The translations under genes and the position numbers were made by a program. From NCBI GenBank assembly GCA_964617045.1, contig CAZTVZ010000003.1, positions 32,257-96,256 of the forward strand: DNA of 64,000 nt, written 5' to 3'. The notes under the pieces are model-generated. The model saw only the letters and a program-made list of their open reading frames with translations. It searched no databases and had not been told where the DNA came from. The stretch comes from an uncultured Gammaproteobacteria bacterium. GTDB taxonomy: Bacteria; Patescibacteriota; Microgenomatia; UBA8517. Positions 26,745 to 34,090 of this stretch are shown here, piece after piece. Positions within the stretch are counted from its first letter, which is position 1. Every line of letters begins with the position of its first letter.

Positions 26745-28092
26745 GATTCCAACATTGATTGGTTTAGTAGTTCTTATATTTGGTTTAGCCGCCGGTGTTT
26801 TCCTTGTGCAAAACACAACAATTTTCAGATTGGGAGCTTCAGGAGAAAATGCACCTGAAAATGTAAGAATAACCAATATCTCGGATGTATCATTTACAGT
26901 CAGTTGGACAACATCAAAAGAAACCACGGGATTTATCAAATACGGAGAATCCGACAACTTGGGTAAAACCAAAAATGACGAACTTTCCGAAAAAGGATAT
27001 ACACATTACGCGACGATAAGCGGAGTAAAATCCGAATCTAATTACTATTTCAAAATAAATTCGGAGGGAGTCGATTATGACAACAATGGTGTTCCTTGGG
27101 AATTGACTACTGGACCCAATATACCCACAAACACCAGCCAAACGACCATCTCCGGAACGATACTCGAACAAACAGGTAATCCATCAAAAAATGCAATTGT
27201 ATACGTGACCATTGCAGGAAGCTCCCCTCTCTCGTCAACAACGTCTCAAAACGGATCATGGGTAATTCCGCTAAATTTTGCCAGAACACAGGACTTGTCT
27301 GCGTTTATCTTGATACAAGAATCTTCATCATTACTTGAAATATCCGTTAATGCTGGACCGAAAGGAATTGCTTCCGCACAAATATTTCCTCAATCGGCGA
27401 AACCGGTTCCTGCAATTACTCTTGGAACAACAAACGATTTTAGAAGCAACCCCCCGAGCTCTGTCGACGGAATACCTCAAGCTAACTTAACTATTCCAGA
27501 AATAACAGAGAAGAAATCCGGTTTTAATGTTGATGCCACAGTGGCGTCAAACGATAATAAAACGGTTACTTTAGAAAGCGTTGCAGACGGAGAAAAAATT
27601 TCAAGTGAAAAGCCCGAATTTTTCGGAAGTGGACCTTCTGGTACAACTATTACCATTACTGTTGAAAGCGATCCTCAAAGCGGTGAGGTAAAAGTCAACA
27701 ATTCCGGTGATTGGAATTGGACACCACCGGCAGGATTAGAACCCGGAACTCACACCGTTACAATTACATGGCGTGATGCTGCGGGGATATTAAGAAAACT
27801 TACAAGATCTTTTGTTGTTGAGGCATCAGAAAATCCATCTTTTACCGCGACCCCTTCTGCAACAACAACGGTAACACCAACTGCAACAAAAACACCTACA
27901 CCATCTTTAACACCAACTTCTTCGCCAACACCAACAGCATCTGTTTCAGCAACAAAAACACCTACACCATCTGCAGCACCTACAACACCCGAATCGGGCA
28001 GCTTGACCCCAACAATAATTCTATTTATGATGGGTATAGCGATCATTTTGTTCGCAACTGTTGCTTGGAAGAAATCTGAAATAAATGCCTGA
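26734..28092 (+). CDS. cell-surface protein: N-terminal TM anchor, FN3-like + Ig-like domains, Thr/Pro-rich linker, C-terminal sorting-signal-like TM tail
   Basis: Shows an FN3/purple-acid-phosphatase-N-like motif (VSFTVSWTT...TGFIKYGES...HYATISGVKSESNYYFKI). A long Thr/Pro linker (TATPSATTTVTPTATKTPTPSLTPTSSPTPTASVSATKTPTPS) is followed by TPESGSLTPTIILFMMGIAIILFATVAWKKSEINA. Confidence 0.6.
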   Translation: MKNKIPTLIGLVVLIFGLAAGVFLVQNTTIFRLGASGENAPENVRITNISDVSFTVSWTTSKETTGFIKYGESDNLGKTKNDELSEKGYTHYATISGVKSESNYYFKINSEGVDYDNNGVPWELTTGPNIPTNTSQTTISGTILEQTGNPSKNAIVYVTIAGSSPLSSTTSQNGSWVIPLNFARTQDLSAFILIQESSSLLEISVNAGPKGIASAQIFPQSAKPVPAITLGTTNDFRSNPPSSVDGIPQANLTIPEITEKKSGFNVDATVASNDNKTVTLESVADGEKISSEKPEFFGSGPSGTTITITVESDPQSGEVKVNNSGDWNWTPPAGLEPGTHTVTITWRDAAGILRKLTRSFVVEASENPSFTATPSATTTVTPTATKTPTPSLTPTSSPTPTASVSATKTPTPSAAPTTPESGSLTPTIILFMMGIAIILFATVAWKKSEINA

Positions 28093-29590
28093 CCAAAATC
28101 AAACTGACCCAAATGCTAATCCCATAGAACCTGTTTCCCCTCAGGCTCCCCCCCTACCAATGCCAGAAGAAATTCCCCCAATTACACCGGTTGTTGAAGA
28201 AGCAACACCGAATACCGAACCCATAAAAGAGAATGCCCTGTCCGAAGAAAATGTCCAACCGGCTTTTATGGCAACAGATTCTCCCCCTCCCCCTCCAATC
28301 CTTGAAACTGAAAACCCGACAAGAGAAGAAGTTGAAGGAAAAAGGGAAGATGATAATATGCCTGTTCCTGAAAAACCGAAAAAGAAATCTAAAGGTTTGG
28401 TTATTGGGCTTGTTGCAACTCTTCTTTTGATTGCAGGCTTGGGAGCAGGTGTTGTTTTGGTCAGACAACAACAGGACGTCAGGGAAAAAGCAGTCAGTTG
28501 TGGAGGAGCAGGTGCAACATGCCGCTTAAACGGCGATTGTTGTTCCGGAAAATGTAATTTAACCGGATATTCCGGAACTTGTGCAGCCCCAACAGGAACT
28601 CAAACACAATGTGTAAGCTCTGGAGGTGCCTGCACTTCAACTTCCCAATGTTGTGGAAATTTAAGCTGTAAGGGTGGAAAGTGTTTAACCGAAGAAGCAA
28701 GCACTCCCACTAAAACACCTACTGCAGCCGCGTGTATTGCCATAGGTCAAAGGTGTGCATCGGGAGAAACATGTTGTAATAACGGGAAATGTATTGACAA
28801 CAAGTGTTCACTATCTGGAACCAGTACACCGACTGCTCAACCCAACTGTTCCAAGGAGGGAGAGTTCTGTGGAATTGGAAGTGCAAACACAGGTCCGGTA
28901 AATTGTTGTAGCGGATTAAAATGTGACAATGGATATTCCATAGTCCACGCTACAGGATCAACCGGAAAATGTATAAAGGATGCTCCAAGCTGTGTACCTT
29001 TAGGGAAAAGGTGTGCATCAGGAGAAACATGTTGTAATAACGGGGTATGTTCCAATAATGTATGTGTCGCAACCACCCCTCCTCCGACCACAACCTTGTG
29101 TCCCAAATCATGTGTTGCGTCACCTAAATCAAATTGTAAACCCGGCACTTTCTATCCCAACGAAAGTACAAGCTTGGCTTATGGAGATTGTGGAGGAACA
29201 GGATTCAATGAATATTGTTGCGATCCTATTGACGGGGCACCAACAAAAATTCCGACATCAACAACAACTTCTACTCCCAAACCACCATCGGGTGATTACT
29301 GCCAATGTTTAAATGTTGTCGCATATGACACAAACTGGAACCTGCTAACAACAGATGCGTTGAAAAATCTTAAAGCTGGAGACAAAATAAGGTTCACGGT
29401 AAAAGGGCGGGCTTCAAGCGGAAAGTTCGATAAAGCAAAGTTTAAGATAAATGGACAGGAAACTGCCGAAATGACAACAAAGAAGCCAAACACCGAAGAG
29501 TTCTATTACGAATATACAATTCCTGCAAATGTATATTCATTTAAGATTGACGCCAAAATACATCATGATCAGAAAGGATGGTCAAACTAA
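28085..29590 (+). CDS. membrane-anchored secreted protein with five tandem 6-Cys knottin/hevein-like modules
   Basis: A Pro-rich N-terminal tail precedes a TM (LVIGLVATLLLIAGLGAGVVLV). Five modules follow, each C-x6-C-x5(11)-CC-x3-4-C-x4-15-C (for example CGGAGATCRLNGDCCSGKC...C and CIAIGQRCASGETCCNNGKCIDNKC). A C-terminal ~110-aa beta-rich domain ends the protein. There is no C-terminal TM. Confidence 0.6.
   Translation: MPDQNQTDPNANPIEPVSPQAPPLPMPEEIPPITPVVEEATPNTEPIKENALSEENVQPAFMATDSPPPPPILETENPTREEVEGKREDDNMPVPEKPKKKSKGLVIGLVATLLLIAGLGAGVVLVRQQQDVREKAVSCGGAGATCRLNGDCCSGKCNLTGYSGTCAAPTGTQTQCVSSGGACTSTSQCCGNLSCKGGKCLTEEASTPTKTPTAAACIAIGQRCASGETCCNNGKCIDNKCSLSGTSTPTAQPNCSKEGEFCGIGSANTGPVNCCSGLKCDNGYSIVHATGSTGKCIKDAPSCVPLGKRCASGETCCNNGVCSNNVCVATTPPPTTTLCPKSCVASPKSNCKPGTFYPNESTSLAYGDCGGTGFNEYCCDPIDGAPTKIPTSTTTSTPKPPSGDYCQCLNVVAYDTNWNLLTTDALKNLKAGDKIRFTVKGRASSGKFDKAKFKINGQETAEMTTKKPNTEEFYYEYTIPANVYSFKIDAKIHHDQKGWSN
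28750..29044 (+). repeat. internal 36-nt near-identical duplication (28750-28785 and 29009-29044) inside the Cys-module gene
   Basis: aggtgtgcatcgggagaaacatgttgtaataacggg differs from aggtgtgcatcaggagaaacatgttgtaataacggg at a single position. Both encode RCASGETCCNNG in modules 3 and 5. Confidence 0.8.
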
Positions 29591-29592
29591 TT

Positions 29593-30144
29593 ATGAAAAA
29601 TAAAGCCGTATCAATAATAATTTTGGTAATAACTTTACTTTTGGCGGGAGTTGCGATATTCACCGCTGTCAGATTGTACCAACTTAGACAAGAGTCTGTG
29701 GCTCCAACTGCACCAGAAAGTGAACCTGCTGCTGCTGCACCCGAATCATGTAGCTCGCTCTCCTTTACGATTGGTGAACCAACCGGAACACCGACAAACA
29801 CAATTACAACTACGCCAATTGTTAAAGATTGTGCACAGTCGTGTGCAGCCAGTAGTGAATGTAAATCCGGACTTATTTGTTCCAACGGATCATGCAGAAA
29901 TCCTTCTTGTACATCCGAAACAGATTGTGTCTGTCCAACAGCAACAACCACAACAACTTCAACACCTACCGCGACATCGACTGTAACCTCAACAGTAACG
30001 ACAACTGCAACTTCGACATCGACTGTAACCTCAACAATTACGCCAACGGCAACTCTACCAGATGCAGGCATTCCTGCTCCGACAGTATTCGGAATTAGTT
30101 TCGGTGTCCTACTCCTTATTATTGCCGTTGCTCTCGCGCTTTAA
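29593..30144 (+). CDS. small Cys-rich surface protein with Thr-rich linker and LPDAG + C-terminal TM sorting-signal-like tail
   Basis: Has a signal-anchor (MKNKAVSIIILVITLLLAGVAIFTAV) and an 8-Cys module (CAQSCAASSECKSGLICSNGSCRNPSCTSETDCVC). A poly-Thr linker is followed by TLPDAGIPAPTVFGISFGVLLLIIAVALAL. An alternative start at 29578 is possible. Confidence 0.5.
   Translation: MKNKAVSIIILVITLLLAGVAIFTAVRLYQLRQESVAPTAPESEPAAAAPESCSSLSFTIGEPTGTPTNTITTTPIVKDCAQSCAASSECKSGLICSNGSCRNPSCTSETDCVCPTATTTTTSTPTATSTVTSTVTTTATSTSTVTSTITPTATLPDAGIPAPTVFGISFGVLLLIIAVALAL
29930..30060 (+). repeat. low-complexity Thr/Ser codon repeat (linker-coding), including a direct 21-nt repeat acatcgactgtaacctcaaca x2
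   Basis: ACN/TCN-rich. Similar linker-coding tracts occur at about 27850-27990 and about 30740-30900. Confidence 0.7.
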
Positions 30145-30192
30145 TTGTTGATAAAATTTTTTCATAGGGCAAAATGTATTAAGGCTTAATCT

Positions 30193-30981
30193 ATGTTCGA
30201 TCAAAACCAACAAAATCAAATTCCTTTCACCCCACCACCGGTCCCTCAGGGAGAACCGGTTCCTCCACAACCAATGGACATGCCACCCATGCCTCAAATG
30301 GGTATCGCAACTCCTCCTCCCGGAGAAAAGAAAGCCGCCAGCGGAAAAATAATTGCAACCGTGTTTGCAATTTTCATCCTTGTCGGTGGACTTGCGGCAG
30401 GATTGATTCTTGTAAGAAGAAATCAAGACTTAAGAGAGCAAGCAGAAACAACCTGTGTTGAAGAATGCCCGGGTGTCGATTCCGGTGGAAGAAGCGTTTT
30501 AAGAAACTGTACACCGCCAGAAGCCGACGGCACTTCTGACGATCAAATCTGTAACTTGGCTGGCAGAACAGGACAGTGTGGAGGACAACAATATTGTTGT
30601 CCGGCAGCAGGAGGGGTTTGGACAACAAATATGACAGCGTGTACGCCCAAGGAATCTGTGTGCAACGATTCCATAGACAATGACAATGATGGATTAACCG
30701 ATTGTACCGACTCTGATTGTTCGACTTCGACATATTGCCAAGCAACACCTACCGAAACACCTTCCATTACATCGACGCCGTCGGCAACAACAACGATAAG
30801 CCCAACTTCAACCGCAACTTCGACGGCAACAATAACAGCAACAAAAACACCGACTTTGACATCAACTGCAACAGCAACTGTCAGCCCACCCATTCCAGAT
30901 TCAGGTCTTCCACTTCCAACCGTGATAGCATTTGGTTTTGGGGCACTACTTGTAATAATCTCCTTGGTACTTGTCCTTTAA
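30193..30981 (+). CDS. Cys-rich surface protein: Pro-rich N-tail, TM, hevein/knottin-like and TSP3-like Ca-binding Cys motifs, Thr linker, IPDSG + C-terminal TM tail
   Basis: The N-terminus is PFTPPPVPQGEPVPPQPMDMPPMPQ, with a TM (IIATVFAIFILVGGLAAGLILV). It contains CNLAGRTGQCGGQQYCC (C-x8-C-x5-CC) and CNDSIDNDNDGLTDCTDSDC (DxDxDGxxDxxD). It ends PPIPDSGLPLPTVIAFGFGALLVIISLVLVL. Confidence 0.5.
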   Translation: MFDQNQQNQIPFTPPPVPQGEPVPPQPMDMPPMPQMGIATPPPGEKKAASGKIIATVFAIFILVGGLAAGLILVRRNQDLREQAETTCVEECPGVDSGGRSVLRNCTPPEADGTSDDQICNLAGRTGQCGGQQYCCPAAGGVWTTNMTACTPKESVCNDSIDNDNDGLTDCTDSDCSTSTYCQATPTETPSITSTPSATTTISPTSTATSTATITATKTPTLTSTATATVSPPIPDSGLPLPTVIAFGFGALLVIISLVLVL

Positions 30982-31008
30982 ACCTCGTCAAATTATGATT
31001 TCTGTAAT

Positions 31009-33042
31009 ATGGATTATCTGAGCATTTTATATTGGTGGATATTTTTATTTTTACTGGGGCTTATAAACTACCCTTTTTCGTTCATTCTTCTGAGGAAAAA
31101 CTCCGATCGCGGTTACGGATTATCCAAAATTATATCTCTTCTTCTGATTAGCTACATCCTTCTTTTGGGTTCTTCGCTCAAGTTGTTTCCTTTTACGATA
31201 TATTCTTCCCTTTCCGCGTTGCTTCTTCTTGTTTTTGTTAACACACTAATCTTTCTAAAAAATAAAAGGGAAATTATTCGTGACACAAAACTAACTATTC
31301 GATTAATTATCTTTCAGGAAATATTATTTTCCTCCGCATTACTCTTTTGGTCTTTTATTAAAATGCACAACCCTGACATTCGAAGCTTGGAAAAATTTAT
31401 GGATTACGGGTTTATAAACTCGATCTTAAAAAGCCCTTGGCAACCTGCTCAGGACATGTGGTTTGCCGGAGGAAAAATAAATTATTATTATTTCGGACAT
31501 TTCTATACTGCAGTTGCCACAAGATTGTCTTTTCTGCCCAGCTCAATTACTTACAACCTCATGCTGTCCACAATTTTAGGGTTTTTAGTTAACGGAGCCT
31601 ATTCTCTGGTGCACACGATTTTTTCATCTCTCCCTAAAGGGATCAACAAAAAAGCGGTTTCTGCAGGGATAATTTCATTTCTGCTTGTATCTTTCGCGGG
31701 AAATTTCCATACGCCGATATATGCCTTTCAAAAAGGAATCGATAAATATTGGTATCCGGATGCGACAAGATTCATCGGTTATAATCCCGACACCAACGAC
31801 AAAACAATACATGAATTTCCCCTCTACTCTTTCGTCGTGTCTGATCTGCATGCCCACTTATTGGGAATTCCAATCGTAATTCTTTATTTGAGTTTCCTGT
31901 TCATGATTTTCGGCTCTTCCGAAAATATAACATTTCGAAAACGCATCCCGTTCTTGCTGTTCCCAGGATTTTTATTCGGGCTTATGTTTATGACCAACAC
32001 CTGGGATTTTGCCTCATATATGCTAATCACCGGAGTTTGCCTCGTTATGTCACGGATATCTCTATTTAAAGATATTGGCAATATTTCTCAAGCCGTCTAT
32101 GACATTTCTTTAAACATTATTATTCTTCTTGTTATTGGCTTGATTACTGCGCTTCCGTTTATCCTTAATTTCGAATCAATTGCGGAGGGTGTGCAATTTG
32201 TAACTTCACGCTCCCCGGTTTGGCAATTGTTAATCTTATGGGGACTTCCGATACTACTTCTTGTTTTCTTTTCGGCTTTTATTATCGCAAAAAAGAAAGC
32301 CGAAAAATCAGATCTCTTTATTTTGGGACTATTGGTATCCTCTATTCTTCTCATTATCATCCCTGAAATCATATACGTAAAAGACATTTATATTGCATCT
32401 CATTACAGGGCCAATACTATGTTTAAAATTACCTATCAAGCATTTGTAATAGGTTATCTTTCGAGTGGATATGTTGCATTAAGAATAATCACTGGAATAA
32501 AAAATATTCCGTTTCGTATATTGTCCACAACGGTTTTTACTTTGCTATTTTCTGCAATGCTGACGTATCCGTTTTTTGCAGTAAATTCATATTTCGACAA
32601 ACTGGAAAACAAAACTGGCTTAAATGGAGAAACTTGGATTAAAAACACCTATCCCTCAACATATCGTGCTATTGAATATTTAAGGAATACCGTTTCCGAA
32701 CAAAAAATAATTACTGAAGCATCTGGAAACAGCTATACGGACTACAACGTAATTTCCAGCTATACTGGCCTTCCAACAATACAAGGGTGGTTTGTCCACG
32801 AGTGGTTATGGAGAGGAAGTGCAGAATTGCCCTCAGAAAGAGTCTCTGATCTGGAGATTCTATACACATCGAAAAATATTAACGAAGTAAAAAAGATAAT
32901 AGAAAAATATAAAGTTAACTACTTAATATACGGTTTTTTTGAAAAAGAAAAATATCCCAACAACAACGAACTATTAATAGACAGTCTCGGAGAAATAGTA
33001 TTTACCGATGGTGATACTACTATTTATTCAGTTGATTATTAA
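31009..33042 (+). CDS. DUF2298 / 'YYY'-domain polytopic membrane protein (GT-C-type putative glycosyltransferase)
   Basis: 677 aa with more than 12 predicted TMs. The signature Tyr triplet GGKINYYYFGHFYTAV is present. A C-terminal soluble domain follows. Confidence 0.65.
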   Translation: MDYLSILYWWIFLFLLGLINYPFSFILLRKNSDRGYGLSKIISLLLISYILLLGSSLKLFPFTIYSSLSALLLLVFVNTLIFLKNKREIIRDTKLTIRLIIFQEILFSSALLFWSFIKMHNPDIRSLEKFMDYGFINSILKSPWQPAQDMWFAGGKINYYYFGHFYTAVATRLSFLPSSITYNLMLSTILGFLVNGAYSLVHTIFSSLPKGINKKAVSAGIISFLLVSFAGNFHTPIYAFQKGIDKYWYPDATRFIGYNPDTNDKTIHEFPLYSFVVSDLHAHLLGIPIVILYLSFLFMIFGSSENITFRKRIPFLLFPGFLFGLMFMTNTWDFASYMLITGVCLVMSRISLFKDIGNISQAVYDISLNIIILLVIGLITALPFILNFESIAEGVQFVTSRSPVWQLLILWGLPILLLVFFSAFIIAKKKAEKSDLFILGLLVSSILLIIIPEIIYVKDIYIASHYRANTMFKITYQAFVIGYLSSGYVALRIITGIKNIPFRILSTTVFTLLFSAMLTYPFFAVNSYFDKLENKTGLNGETWIKNTYPSTYRAIEYLRNTVSEQKIITEASGNSYTDYNVISSYTGLPTIQGWFVHEWLWRGSAELPSERVSDLEILYTSKNINEVKKIIEKYKVNYLIYGFFEKEKYPNNNELLIDSLGEIVFTDGDTTIYSVDY

Positions 33043-34045
33043 CCCACGATCTTAAATCTTCCCAAGATCCGGAAGCAGGTATAAAAACATATTGATGATC
33101 ATACTTAGAACTAATAGGAGGATTAAAAAGATATTCTTCCGGAATATTATGTTGTCTAATATCATTTCTTGCGTTAACAACAAGTTTTCCTAACACCCCC
33201 AGTGAACCAAATTTGAGATCTGTTTCAATATATTTTTCTGCCACCCTCCATGATTCATACAATTTCACCGGATTTAAAAGAATTTGGTAAGTAAGCATTT
33301 TGTCTTTGATCGAATTTATTACTTTTTGTTGTCTTGCCGAACGAGCCAAGTCAGTTCCTTCATCCCCCTGTGCGTTTCTTGATCTCACAAATTTCAGAGC
33401 AGTATCGCCATTCATTTTCTGGATTCCTTTTTCAAAAACAATCGTTTCGTATCTGCATTTCAATTCTTTGTCGCCGTCACAAAGATCATTCTCTTTACCC
33501 TTGATGGGATACTTCGGATCTGTAAATGCATTTTCCACATCAACATCTATTCCGCCGATCACATCAACTATTTCCGTAAATCCGTCGAAATCAATAACAA
33601 TCCCGTAGTTTATCTTTTCTTGTAACAATTCAGAGGCAATATCTTTTGCAAAGGATAATCCTGTTGTTTCATCTTTTTGCTTTCCCCAATAATAGGCACT
33701 GTTTATTTTCGCTCTAATGGATGGGATCCAAACATCCCTGGGAATAGAAATTGTATCAATCTTGGATTTTTCGGAAGAAATACTTACAAGCATTATGGAA
33801 TCGGTCAAGTCAGATCCATCGTGTCCTGCTCCTGATTTTCCGAGAACCAACAAGTTAACCCTTCCTTCCTGGTTTTCGATTTTTGTCAAATCGGTATTAA
33901 CATAATCCATAGCCAGGGAGAAAAACTTTCCAAAATCCATTTTTGCTAAGAAGAAGTAAAGAAACATAAAGAGTGATATGACAAATAACAAAAACAGCCC
34001 GATTCTTATAGCTTTTCGTGAAGGTATTTTAGATTCTTTTTCCAT
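33020..34045 (-). CDS. LytR-CpsA-Psr (LCP) family cell-wall glycopolymer ligase
   Basis: After an N-terminal TM comes the LCP core VNLLVLGKSGAGHDGSDLTDSIMLVSIS...IPRD. The C-terminal region is extended. It converges on the YYY gene and overlaps it. Confidence 0.85.
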   Translation of the reverse strand: MEKESKIPSRKAIRIGLFLLFVISLFMFLYFFLAKMDFGKFFSLAMDYVNTDLTKIENQEGRVNLLVLGKSGAGHDGSDLTDSIMLVSISSEKSKIDTISIPRDVWIPSIRAKINSAYYWGKQKDETTGLSFAKDIASELLQEKINYGIVIDFDGFTEIVDVIGGIDVDVENAFTDPKYPIKGKENDLCDGDKELKCRYETIVFEKGIQKMNGDTALKFVRSRNAQGDEGTDLARSARQQKVINSIKDKMLTYQILLNPVKLYESWRVAEKYIETDLKFGSLGVLGKLVVNARNDIRQHNIPEEYLFNPPISSKYDHQYVFIPASGSWEDLRSWVNNQLNK

Positions 34046-34090
34046 GCTAGAATTATTCTTCGATAGAGATATATTTTATTCTAGCAGGTA

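Noticed and set aside
27840-30900. Short direct repeats (21-36 nt) and ACN-rich tracts that could be mistaken for CRISPR-like or minisatellite arrays.
   Set aside because: They lie inside ORFs. They encode poly-Thr/Pro linkers or duplicated Cys modules. They lack regular repeat-spacer periodicity.
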